From Lepidodermella squamata (Eukaryota > Animalia > Gastrotricha): 64,000 nucleotides of DNA. Position 1 is the stretch's first letter. Every line of letters begins with the position of its first letter. Below the pieces are notes generated by a model. It was given only the letters and a program-made list of their open reading frames with translations, ran no database searches and was not told the origin of the DNA. Position numbers and translations under genes: made by a program. Shown here piece by piece: positions 30,568 to 43,148 of this stretch. The DNA is taken from positions 1,736,001-1,800,000 of the forward strand of contig JBLDXI010000004.1 in NCBI GenBank assembly GCA_047495785.1, read 5' to 3'.

Positions 30568-33500
30568 TCAACAATATAACGTTGATCGACTTGCTCCCCG
30601 CGATCTCAGCAACTCAGCAACATCGATTTTCCTATTGCAAATCGCGATATCGAGAGCTGTGATAAAGCGGGACACATTTCTATTTCTAGCATCCTTGTTT
30701 GCACCTCTATCCAGCAACAGTCGAACGACTTCGACTTGCCCATTCTGAGCTGGAAACATCAAGGCCGTCCAGCCATAGTTATCCTTGGCCTCGATGTCAG
30801 CCCCGCGATCCAACAACAGTCGAACGACTTCGATGTGCCCATTATCAGCCGCAATGATCAACGCCGTTTGGCCATTGTTATTCGTGGCGTCAACGGTAGC
30901 GTTGCTATCAAGCAACAGTCGAACTACTTCGACTGTCCCATTCTGAGCCGCCCATATCAACGCCGTCCAGCCATCGTAATCCTTGGCCTCGATGGCAGCA
31001 TTGCTATCAAGCAAGAGTCTAACTGCCTCAACTTGCCCATTCTGAGCCGCCAACATAAACGCCGTCGCGCCATCGATATTCTTAGCCTCGATAGCCGCGT
31101 TGCGATCTAGCAACAGTCGGGTTACTCCGATGCGCCCGAGCAGAGCCGCAATCATCAACGCCGTGTCGCCATTAATATCCTTGACCGCGATGTCAGCCCC
31201 GCGATCCAACAACAGTCGAACGACTTCGGCTTGCCCATTCGCAGCCGCAACGATCAACGCTGTTTGGCCATAGTTATTCTTGGCCTCGATAATAGCCCCT
31301 CGATCCAGCAACAGTCGAGTCACTTCGACTGTCCCATTCTGAGCTGCAAACATCAACGCCGCCCAGCCAATGTTGGACTTTGTCTCGATGGCCGCGTTGC
31401 GATCCAGCAACAGTCGAACCACTTCGGCTTGCCCATACGAAGCCGCAAATATCAACGCCGTGTTGCCATCGTTATTCTTGGCCTCGATAGCCGCGTTGCG
31501 ATCAAGTAACAGCCGAACCAAGTCGACATAACCATACTTTGCGGCCAACATCAACGCCGTCGTTTTATCTTTATCCTTGTCCTCGATGGCAGCCCCGCGA
31601 TCCAACAACAGTCGAGCTATTTCGACTGTTCCATAGTGAGCCGCAAATATCAACGCCGTCCAGCCATTGTTATTCTTCGCCCGGATGGCCGCGTTGCGAT
31701 CCAGCAACAGTTGAACTACGTTAAGATGCCCATGTACAGCTGCTATCATCAACGCCGTGTTGCCATATTTATCCTTCGCCTCGATGGCAGCCCCGCGATC
31801 CAGCAGCAGACGAGCTACTTCTACTGTTCCATTCTGAGCCGCTATCATGATCGCCGTATAGCCGTAGTTATGCCTGGCCTCAATAGCAGCCTTGCGATCC
31901 AACAACAGTCGAGCCACTTCGACTGTCCCATACTGAGCCGCCCACATCAACGCCGTCGCGCCAAGGCTATCCGTTGCCTCGATGGCAGCCTTGCGATCTA
32001 GCAAAACTCGACCTACTTCAACATTCCCAACGATAGCCGCAATCATTAACGCCGTCATGCCATCAATATCCTTGGCCTCGATGTTAGCTCGGCGATCCAG
32101 CAACAGTCGAGTAAGTTCGACTGTCCCATTCTTAGCCGCATACATTAACGCTGTCCAACCAATGTTGGACTTGGCCTCGATGACAGCCCCTCGATCCAAC
32201 AACAGTCGAGCCACTTCGACTTGCGCATAGCCTGACGCAATCATCAGCGCCGTCGCGCCATAGTTATTCTTGGCCTCGATGTTGGCTCGGCGATCCAGCA
32301 ACAGCCGAACTACTTCGACGCGCCCATACGAAGCCGCATATATCAACGCTGTCCAGCCATTCATGGTTTTTGCCTCTTTGTAAGCGTTGCGGTCCAACAA
32401 CAGTCGAACTGCTTCGGCTCGACCATACGAAGCTGCAAATATCAACGCAGTCCAGCCAGATTCATCCTTGGCCTCGATGGAAGCGTTGCGATCTAGAAAG
32501 AGTCGAACTGCCCCGACTTGCCCATACGAAGCCGCTCTCATCAACGCCGTCCAGCCAGATGAATCCTCGCTGTTATTCACATCAGCTCCACGTTCAATGA
32601 AAAGCTGAGCAATTTCCAGTCGCTGGTCTGATTGGCTCCGATCGCACAATACACTGTGCAGCAGGCTGCCATTTGACGTAGTCCAACCATCACAGTCAAT
32701 CTGCCTCGGGTTGCGCCAGTTCGGGTCGAATCCGCCACCTGTGGCTTCGTCGATCTTCGCAATGAGTTGTCTCACTAGCGCCACGTCGGCCGCCTGGGCT
32801 GTTGCATTCCACAACTGCTCGTAAACTTCAGGGATCTATATTATGTACAAAATATTGAGTTTATAGGATCGAATAATAGTAGAGATGAAATTGAAGCTGA
32901 AGCTGAAACGGAAGATAATCCTGTTGATCGCATAACTTGCCCAACGTTATAACTTGCCTTGTCGTGATATTCAAGCTTCCCCTAAATAATTATTTGGTGA
33001 CAGACACTTCACATAGCTCTCATCACGATAGCTCAAAAAACCCATGACCGCAATGATATTTCATGGACCGAGTATGCCTACTTTGAGGTCTAGTAACTCG
33101 AATTATACTCAAAAGCCGGTCGGTAAGTCGATAAGTCGGTGAGCGCTGCTTTGGCGTTTTTGACGCGTCACAACCGCCTAACAGTGCCCCCCCCCCCCCT
33201 TCCACCCCCCGCGGGCTTGAAATCTGTTGGGGTTATAGAACCGAGGGCGCTCTATTCGACTGTCATGGTGAGAGCCCGAAGGAAAGATTCCCTGGCATTG
33301 ATAATTGGCCGCAAAACACCCCTGAAAATACAGTACTTTTCAAGCCGTCGAGCCAAAAGATTCCCTGGCATTGAAAATGGGCCGCAAAGGCAGCCCAAAA
33401 TGCGAGCAATTGGCCGAGATAAGCCCATTTATTGCATTATATTTTGTGAAGTAGTGGGTGGCATAATTGATTGGCGGGCATGGTTGATTCAATAAGTAAA

Positions 33501-34363
33501 TCAGCAAGGGTGGTTCGATTCATTGCGGCCGCTCACTGTATTTTTTATTTTTTCCTGATATTTTGGACCGTATTTGCTGCTTCTACTGTAGAAATTAGCA
33601 CTACGGAAAAATTCCCCTTGCATTTTGAAATTTGAATTTCTCGTCGTTTCTGTTCGCAGCCGTTTTACTCGGGGAATACCAAATGTGCAATTGAAGAGAA
33701 TACATGGCGTATAAGTGGCACGCGGAAGTGCCGGATTTTCCCAGTTGGAAATTTCTCGGCGCCCTAGGCAATATTCATTTTCGGGGGCCCCTATACCTAG
33801 TTTTTAGTTTTTTGGTTGCTTTCTTGCATTGAATTGCTCTATTGCTCAGATCACTGTCGGTTGGTTTCATAACGGAACATTGTTTGCCTAATGGAAAATA
33901 CGGCACTGGCACGCGGCCATCTGCAGTGGATTTGCGAGATCGGCGAGCCCACTAGGGCTGCGTGCTGGGGGGTACGCAAAAAATTATTAAAAAAAATTTC
34001 GCTCGCAAACTTTGTTCGTTATTTGAAATTTTGACCATTGGCGAAGCCATATTTTGCCATACAAAGAGCATGTAAGAGCGAGGTAAGAGCTCTGACAAAA
34101 TAATGGACAAAATAAAGGCCGCCCTCAAATAAACGCCGAATTCCAATGATGGCATGAAACATCCTGTTTGTATTGAATATCAGTAATATTTAATATAAAC
34201 AAACCAGCGATGGTTGGTCGTTCGTTCCTGCTGAAGGGCTGCCTGGGCTTTGCGATGTCGCCACAGCTGTGAGGTCCAGATCACCGCCATCGGTATTTTC
34301 TTGAGCAACAACCAGTCCGGATGCCAGCCCAAGGAAAGCGATTACGATTAAGTAGAGACGCAT
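30568..34363 (-). CDS. Secreted ankyrin-repeat protein copy 2 (~21 repeats, ~800 aa), apparently intact
   Basis: Signal exon 34363-34205 (MRLYLIVIAFLGLASGLVVAQENTDGGD..NDQPSL/gtttgt) joins a single long ankyrin exon 32835-30568 in phase 0. A possible 24-nt phase-0 micro-exon with a GC donor lies near 32960-32982. Repeats are 33-aa G.TAL..AA..G..EVVRLLLDR.A.IEAKD units. Confidence 0.85.
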
Positions 34364-35142
34364 TTTGAAAATTAATCAAGAAAACTATCTACTAAGAATT
34401 TTCTCTTTCTCGTGTGTAACGTGCTACGTGTTTTTTTTCGTTCAAGTATTTTTATTATATATTAAGTTTCAAGTCGTGTTTTTCTCCTTTTGTAATATTG
34501 ATGAGTAATGCATGAGTAATAAATTATTCAGATCCTCTGTTTACAAATTCCCACTCATACATTAAAACATCCTGTTTAGGATCAGTCGTTTCATTGCCTT
34601 GACGGTGGCGAGTATATTCAATCGCGATTGCGAAGAGGAGCGAAACAACCTCTCCTTGTAAGATGTATGGTAGCCTTTGAGTTTTTAGGCGAAGAAACGA
34701 TCAACGCCGATCAACAAGAAAATGAACGACAAAAGCACGAGGATTTCCCCAAGGCATTGCACTCTCCATCCGCTTGGCGTGAACAAAATTTACTTCACGC
34801 CCGGCGAATTGGGTACACCGGAGTGAATATTATTTTATCATTTTCCGTTCTCACTAGACTTTCAGGGGGGGGGGGGGATGGGGGGTATCATCTCAGAAAG
34901 ATGGCACCATGGAGAACAAATTAAATAGTCATTTTTTTCTCTGTGGATGGCACCAACGGCAAAGCTGTTATCATCACAACATAGAAAGTAGCCTAGCTAA
35001 GAATCGGTGATCTTACCTCCATGTAAATCAGTAACTTGGCTACACATCAAGTAATTGAGTAACAGTTTACATACTCAACTCTTTCTCATCTCCACATCGC
35101 GTAACTGAGGGAGTTTTTATATCGTAATCGCTGCCCGAAGTT

Positions 35143-35884
35143 TAGATTTTCGTTCACAGACGCGCGCACTTCGGCCAGCACGGCCGAAGTTTGAACAATA
35201 GGCGGTGCGCGCACACCGAACAAAGGACGCGCACAAACTTCGGTTTCAAGGACAAGTGCCTCCGAACCGAAGTTTGCGCGCTTCCGAAGTTATTACGCAC
35301 GCACGCAACCACGCGCGCGCGCACACAGCCAATTGACCACACTGTACCAGGCGCCTCAAATTTGTCTTTCCGGTGATATTTTCATTGACAATGCAATCCG
35401 TTTCAATAGTGATAAGCAATAGTGATAAGCATTTAGAAACTGAGAAATTAATATACTTAGCAAAAATGTCCGGTTTCTGTGACGAATTTTTAAATATTAT
35501 AGAAATAGCGCGGCGCGTATGGAAAGCGGTTTTGATAAGAATGCGCAAGAATATTTTAGTAATTGTTTTTAAAAGCGAATATGGTGAACTGAGCGTTGGA
35601 ATTTAGCTTCTTTTTATCCTCATCAGAAGGCGCGTCTCATTATGAAAAATATTTTGAGAATTAGGGTGAAATGGAAAAAAAATAGTATTGACCCTGAGCA
35701 GGAGCCATACCCGCACGTGGTTTGTGAGCGCGCGGCCAAACTTCGGTCGCGGACAATAGAAACTTCGTGCGTCACGCTTCGCGCGCACGTAGAAAATGCC
35801 ACTGATAAGGCCTCCGAAGTTTTCCGAAGTTTCTACTTCGATCTCCGAAGCGGTAGGTCTCCGAAGTAGTTTGTGAACGCACTA
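35143..35884. mobile_element. Probable non-autonomous DNA transposon
   Basis: Inverted ends around CGTTCACA(G/A)AC / GTTTGTGAACG with many subterminal CCGAAG/CTTCGG motifs; boundaries approximate. Confidence 0.45.
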
Positions 35885-37174
35885 TAACTATAATTCTTTT
35901 CAAATCCATATAAGAATTTAAACTAAGAATAAAAGCGGTATCAAAACTATTTTAGCTTTCTTTAGGCCAGCGTTTCGCAGGTTTTGCGCTCCCGTCGCCT
36001 AGCTGGCTGCCGACGAACGCCGCGCGCCGCGCGCAAAAATGTTTTGAAGGTCAAATCATATTGTTTTTATTTTTAACCAAATGTGAACATCAAAAATATT
36101 AATTTCTGAAATGTTAATTATTAGTTTTCTTTGTATTTCTGGTTGCCGGTTCACCGTCACTTATCGTTTTAGTAGTTTAGATTTTTTCTTTGTCTCTGTA
36201 CACGTCCTTGATGAAGGAAAAGGTAAAATAATGAAATGCTATGCTATGCTATATTATGTATGCTTCACCTTCGATAACTGGAAGCTTTTGCATCGGGTCA
36301 CACGACCAATAGGAACAATAGGACCTCTGCCGCGATGCTTGTACTTGTCTTACTTGTAACCCACAACTGCCTCCTCAAATAGAGCTGCCTTTTTAGCCGA
36401 ACTCGGTTTTCTCAACAGGCCCGGTTTTCCCTGCCTGTTCAGATGTCTCATACTTCGAAACTCCAACCAGTCTTCGGCGAAGACCGGGCTTAGGACATCG
36501 TTCTAACCGCTAGAGGAACAGAATGATTCCGCGGATCGATGGCGATGAATCTTAGCTCGCGGGTCAAAACCAACGCATGGCAACTGGGCTTTTTCTTCGC
36601 TTTCTCAACTTCGTCGCACATTTACGGATCCGCGGTGGTTTCCTCCGGCCACTAAAAAGCCGTGAAAGGCTAGTTTTCTCTAACAATTAATTGCTCGCAC
36701 GCTATTGGTCAATTCAAAAATGAACGCGGTAGTCGCATTAATGCCGCTGCGAAACAAAATAACCGTCGACTTCACAGATTCATTGCTAATAATGCAGACC
36801 GGTGCAAAGAAAAGCTTCTCAAAACTTGAGATACACGTAAAAATTATTTTCTTTAATTTTATCACGCTAGAAGCATATATCATTTGATAGAGAATTGCCT
36901 CTTCATTTTGGTGTAAAAACCGCCCAAAAAATCTAAACTAGTCTTTTGACATTAGCGCGCGCGGCTCTGGATTTGATGAAAATTTCGACTTAGCGTTTTG
37001 CGCTAAGTCCACTTTTACTCTCCAATTGCGCAACCGACGCGCGCGCGCCGGACGGAACTACGATGGGCCCGGAATTGAGCATAAATTTTATTTATTATAC
37101 CTTTTTCATCGTAATCACGTGATCTAACAATGTGTCCTAAATATATCCTAAACGTTGTTTTTCTACTATGCGAC

Positions 37175-37640
37175 TCACTTCAATGAGCCCTCCGCATAGA
37201 GCCAGCCTAATATCGATATTTGGTGGACACCTACTATTGATCGAAGCCATCGATACTCTATTGTATTTAGTCTATTTTCTTGGACTATCGAGATGTTCCA
37301 GGATTCACAGGCGTAAATGATGGTAGGTATTATCACGCAAGTTAGGACCTTCAATTTTGTTGATATGGAAACCTGATTTTTATTGCACATAAACTTATTC
37401 ATAGCCCCGAATACACTACCAGCCTTAGAAATCCTATAATTTAGTTCCTCGTCAATTTTGCCATTGCTGGTGATAATACTGCCTAAATATTTGAATTTGG
37501 TAACTTTTTCAAGTTTGTTACCATTTAGTTCTAATTCGTATTTGCAGGTTCCTTCCTCGTCCTTAGCGATAATCATATATTGGGTTTTAGCAACGTTAAT
37601 TTTAAGTCCTAATTCGGTGCATGCTAAGTCAAATTAGGTC
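37175..37640 (-). mobile_element. RTE-type LINE fragment (C-terminal part of RT region)
   Basis: LEKVTKFKYLGSIITSNGKIDEELNYRISKAGSVF..KLKVLTCVIIPTIIYACESW. Confidence 0.8.
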
Positions 37641-38603
37641 TACATCTATCATAATGGCCTGCCCATACGGTCCACCAGTGAAACTTCTCCTGCTTTTGGC
37701 TTTTTAATGGGCGGATGCGTAAAAATGGTGCTTTCAATGTGTAAAAAATTGCATTTTTCATGCGATTTTCTCGTATCAAAATTATTGATTTTTTTCCTGT
37801 CCAGCTGAAAAGTGGCTAGTATCGAGTCCATACAGTATTAGTCCCAAGGGAGTCGCCACTTCATCAAGCCTATTAGCCTTGGTTATTTTAGTTTAATTGC
37901 TTTGTTGACTGTACAAATTCCGATTATGAAACTGCGGTTATATTTAGCGGCCGCAGCGAAATATCTGGCGGAAGCAAAAAATTGCGGTAATGTATTCAAT
38001 TAGCCTCCAATACGCTCTAATTAAGATAAAAACACTGTCATCTCGCCTGCCTGTCTTTAGAATAGGAAGGTTTAGGTGGGTTCGGGGTCGCTGCTCGTGT
38101 TCTTGTAATAGGCTCTGTAGAACGATCATCAGAGCTCGGAGAAAATTATTTTTGACATTCGCTTTGACGAAAAAATCAAGTGAAATAAGAAATCAGGTAA
38201 AAAGTAAAACAGAAATGATGATTAACGTTGAGTTTCTATATAAATCATGAGAATAAAGTTAAATCGCGTTAAGGGACCGTGCCGAAATAGGCGCATTTTC
38301 GGCAGTCGGCGGCAGCAAGTAGCAGCGGATATCAGGCAGCAACAGGCGCGAGTAGTAGCTCGCATACGACCATAGCGCGCGGCGGCGCGGGGCAGACCCG
38401 CGCGCGCGCGTAACCGCCCAGCAGGGTGTGCTCGCAAAACAATGGGACAGTTATGCGTTCGCGTCGCCTAGTCGTTTCTTAGCATTATTAGAACATGAGC
38501 TGATTATTTTAACGTGGCAAGACGAAAACAGTTTTTCATTGAATTTTATTGGTAAAAAACGACCTCATGAACCAACACGAGTTCAATAACAATAATAATA
38601 AAA

Positions 38604-40476
38604 TTACAGACTACTGATGTTTGCAGACAAGACAAATCGATTCAGTGGTGTCGATGTCATCGGTGGCGGCGCAGGCAAGTTGATAGCATGACTAGGATGG
38701 AATGGGCGAGCAATTTGAGCCACCGGCCGCTGGCATGATAACGACGTTGGGGTGGACACAGGAGTGACAAGCTGCGCGGGACGTTCATCGACCAAGGCAG
38801 ACGGGGTGACGAGAGTCACAGGAATTTCGGCGGCCGCCGCCTTTTTCGCCGCTTGCGTTTCGCCTCGCCGGACTTTGGCCAGCGCCGACTCAACAAATGA
38901 AGTAGCACAAAGCGATGATGAATCGTCGGCGCAATAACGCATCGACAAACGGGTGAGTGCTTCCATCGAAGCGTCGCAGGTCAGCAGTTGTTGCGCGTCC
39001 GCCATGCTAAAAAATAGATGAAGAAAAACTTATTAAAAATTTCACTTTTGTTAAAAAATTTCATTATTTTTCATAATTCCAAAAAAAATAAAGCAAAAAA
39101 TACATACTTGTTGTCGACTAATTTTGTCAGGACTTCGAACGCGACGCTGGTTGCTTCTTTCTTCTTATCGCCGGCGATCAGTGACAGTTCGACCCGAGAC
39201 AAGGGCGTGCCACCCAGGGCCACTCTTTCGTTGTTAACCGACAAGGACCGCAGCGTGTCGTCGTCGAGTTGACGTGCGGCGGGCGCGCCGGCCTTGGCCT
39301 GCTTACCGGCGGCGGCATTTACGCGCAGCATCAGCAGCTTCTTGAGTCGAGCGCGGACGTGCGGCACGACTTTGTCGAGTTGACTGCGCTGCATAACGTC
39401 TTGTGTCACGGTGACGCGAAGACTTTTAAGTTCCGGCAGTTGCAAGAAATTTTTCAACGAGCTGAAAAATAATAAAAAAAATTAAAATCGGAACAATTAT
39501 TTTTGTTTGAATATGTTAAATATCTGGTTATTTAGGAGAGAAAACTCACTCTTTTTTGCTGGCAGCCAATCGACGGCATATTACGTAGAACAATTCGGAA
39601 GGCGATTGCTTCAGCCCTTTCTCCAAATCATCGATGCATCGGTTGGGCGCGGCGTTCAGTGAGGCGCTCGGCAGTCAGCTGCGCTTCCGGCTCGACTTCG
39701 TCCTCCCAGTCGTAAACAAATGAACCACCGCCGCGCATTGTTGGTAGCGACGTGGCCGCGCGAGAATGCGAGGCTGAGTACTGGCAGAAGACGGCGCTGG
39801 GCGAGTCGAAAGACGGCGAGGCGAAGGCGAACTGCTCCTGGCCGCACTTGATGACGACGATGACGACGACGCCGATGATGACGATGATGATGATGCGGCT
39901 GACGAGGACGACGACGACCGCGAGAGAGACGACCGAGAGCGGCGAGACTTGAAATTTGACGACGGCGAGGCATCGTCAGGTCGAGCGCGCTTCCGACCAC
40001 GTCCAACCGCCGCCAGTGCCTGACCATCAGAGCTAGTGGTGGCATTGAGAACAGTCTACAAAAAAATAAAATAAACAATATATATTAATTTTAAATTAAA
40101 TTAATTTTTTTCAATTTTTTAATTTAATTAAAAAATTTGGAATAATAAAAAAACAATAAAACCTTGTGCTAACCTGAGGAAATGTACCGCGAAGTTGCAA
40201 GAATTCAACAGGAGGCCCGGTTTCGCGATCGTCGAGTTTCAGGCCATCGGGCAGATCGAGGTAGAAGTTATTCGCCCAGAACAAATCGCGGTCGACAAAG
40301 CCGAAGCAGTACTTCTCGCCGCGCTCAATTTTCGCGTGAAATTGAACGGCCGTCGGCTGTGGCTCGACGAGACCGCAGTAAAAGTAGGTTCGCGGCCCTG
40401 GCCGTTTATCGCGAACGCAATCGGCAAAACCAACGGCAGAGAGTGTTTTCGTAGATGGGATAAAAGTTCGTGGCAT
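38604..40476 (-). CDS. Multi-exon accessory gene inside the Zator element (Ser-rich, NLS-like GRGRKRAR), function unknown, apparently frameshifted in exon 2
   Basis: Four GC-rich exons (~40476-40174, ~40057-39551, ~39461-39108, ~39006-38604) separated by very AT-rich GT-AG introns. ATG at 40476 is divergent from the transposase. Confidence 0.6.
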
Positions 40477-40718
40477 TTTACGACTCGAAAGACGAATTTG
40501 ACTTCAAACTAAAATTTTCTCTGTTTTAAACACCCTGACTTCAAAGCGCAGCCGCCAAACACAGACACACACCCGCGGTGTCGAGGATGCAGGATGCAGG
40601 TGTGGAACGTTGCGGTTGGGAGCCGATTTCAGAACCGCACCTGTCATTAGCGCACCTGTTGACAGGTCGCTATTTTCGAGGATCCGCAGTTAAAAAATTA
40701 GAATTCTAAAATTCTAAA

Positions 40719-43148
40719 ATGTCGAGAAAACGCCATGTTTTTGAAGATATTCTCGATTCGCCGCGACACTGCTCGAAAATTGAGCGATTGTACGACAATA
40801 TTCTCGACTCACCGAAGCCCGCCGGCGACACGGCCCTGTTCGCCAATATTCTCGACTCGGCTAATGGCGAATTTGAAAACTCGCCTTTTCATGGCATTCT
40901 AGCAGAGCCGTCGTTTGTTATGTCGCTCTTGTATGAAGATATTCTAGATAAATACGACTGTGAGGTAATTTATTCAATTCATTTTTTATTGAATTTCTCA
41001 GATTCATTAAAAAAATTTATATGATTTGATTAATTTTTAAAAATTAAAAAAAAAATTATATGATTTGATTAATTTTTAAAAATTAAAAAAAAAATTATAT
41101 GATTTGATTAATTTTTAAAAATTAAAAAAAAAATTATATGATTTGATTAATTTTTAAAAATTAAAAAAAAAATTATATGATTTGATTAATTTTTAAAAAT
41201 TAAAAAATTTAACTTAATTTTTTAAATTATATTTTAAATTTATTTAAATTTATTTAAATTTTTGATTAATTTTTCAATTTAATTTTTTTAGTCATTACAC
41301 TTCTACCTTTCCGACGACCTATCGCTCGATCCTGTTGAAGTAAGCAAGTCGAAATCATTGAAGGCTGGCCGCCGTGCGATTGAAGTTGACCAGCCCGGCA
41401 TTATCGATTGCATTCTAAATCTTGTTGAGCGCAAGCACGCCATGGTCGCCGCGAATAAGCGTCACGGTGATGATGCTGCAGCTGGTGTTACGCTCGATGA
41501 ATGCGTTGAAGAGTGTCAGCTGAACGGTTTTAAGTGCAGCCGCTCTTCAGTTTATCGACTGTTTCCGGCTTCTAACAAGAAACACAAGAATTCTGCGAAG
41601 ACGCATCGCGCTGTCATTGGTTTGAAGTTACGGCCCAAGCGCTGCGATCTGCGAAAAGGCGATGAAAAACTCGATCATCATCGGAATGCGCGCATGACGT
41701 ACCTCGACGAGTTGATGCTGCAGTTTCCTGATGACTTCACCTTTTTTAGCTGCGATAACAAAAACTCGATCGTCGTTGGTGACACGTGCGTGACCAAGTT
41801 GTGCCAAAACAAGTACTACTACTTCGAAGGTGAACAGCCGAATTTGCCCGACCACAACTTTCCGGCTGATAAACACCTGAAAATTGTCCCCGCCGGCTAC
41901 GAAAGACGCGAGCAGCCGTACGTGAGCGATTCTGGCCGCGTCAAGTGGCGCAACGCGGAGGTCGTCGTCGTAAACCGGTGCCGGCTTTTCAACGAGTGCG
42001 GCATAGCTGATCACGTGAGTGACCTCGCCACTCATGCCCTGAAAAATTCGCCCCGCGGCGGCGCACCATGCTTCGTTCTCGTCGTCGACGCCGGGCCCGA
42101 CTGGCGGATCGAATATCCTAATGTGCGGTATATGTATTGGCGCTTGTTTTGCGAACTCGGCCTCGAGGCGATGATCGTCGCGCATTACGCTCCAGGTTAC
42201 AGTTTTCGAAATAAGGTAAATAATATTGGTCACAAATAAAATCTCAGGAATTTTCTAAAATTTAATAAACTTTTAAAATTTATTGAATAAACAAAATAAA
42301 ATAATTTATGTTCATGTTTTATTAGATTGAACGTCGATGGTCGAAGAGCAATCGGCTTTTAGTTGGCCACACTACGTCTCATCCGGACAAATGGCTGGAT
42401 CAATATCCTCTGGCAAAGGACAAGCCGGTACGCGAACGATCACCGCCGAGTGCGCGCTCAAACTCGTGACTGAGCTCATCAATGGGAAACCGGCGGAGAA
42501 AGGCGTGCTCTTCTACTGCGTGGCTGAGCGCGCCGCGGCCGACCCGCGGTTCGTCATCACCCCCGCGGAGCACGACTTCATCAACACCGCGAAGCCGAAC
42601 GCGGTGGCTGTCGAGCAAAATCAGGACTTGTACGAAGACCTGATTCTCATGGAAAAGCACATCGACCTGTAAGCCTTTTTTCTTTCATTAATTTATTTTC
42701 AAATTTTGAAGCTGAAATTAATTTTGATTTTTTATTCAAAAAAAAATTCAAAAAAACTGAATGCTAAAATTAAATTATTATTTTTTTTCAATTTCAGCCG
42801 CTGCGGCCAGGTCTGTTTTACTCGGTGCGAGGATTCAGCCTGCGTACATTGCGGACAGCATCCGCCGCCCGCCTTCGGCCTGTGGAAGTACACGGCGTCC
42901 CCGACCCCGAGTACGACGATTCTCGGCCGGGTCAATACAAGAAATTCGCCGATGTGTTTGAAGCCCGGCAACGCAGCGCTGCTGTTGAGGCAACGAATCC
43001 GCGGCCGCCGGCTGGTCGTTGCGAAATTTGCCCATCATATAGCTTTTTCAGCGAGATCCACAAAACCAGGCACACTAATATGATGCATCCCGAAATTTTG
43101 AAAAAGGAAATAAAAAATGTCGGAAAGATTGATAATATGCGAGTTTAG
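40719..43148 (+). CDS. Zator (TP36-like) DDE transposase, 4 exons, with apparent frameshifts near 42435 and 42930
   Basis: Motifs SRSSVYR, FFSCDNKNSIVVG, LPDHNF, VVDAGPD, APGYSFRNK/IERRWS (joined across the intron at 42216), C-terminal CEDSACVHC and C2H2 CEIC..H..MMH. Confidence 0.8.
41017..41208. repeat. Tandem repeat, ~5 x 39 bp, >90% AT, in transposase intron 1
   Basis: TTATATGATTTGATTAATTTTTAAAAATTAAAAAAAAAA starting at 41017, 41056, 41095, 41134, 41173. Confidence 0.9.

Noticed and set aside
30736-32608. Numerous + strand ORFs overlapping ankyrin genes (also 24325-25545, 53180-54373)
   Set aside because: Antisense shadows of the repetitive ankyrin coding sequence
39656-40078. His/Arg-rich ORF (HHHHRHHRRRRH) and Met/Thr-rich opposite-strand ORF
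   Set aside because: Alternative frames of the TCA/TCG poly-Ser tract in the Zator accessory gene
41017-41208. Regular 39-bp repeats as a CRISPR-like array
   Set aside because: No unique spacers; a simple AT-rich tandem repeat inside a eukaryotic intron
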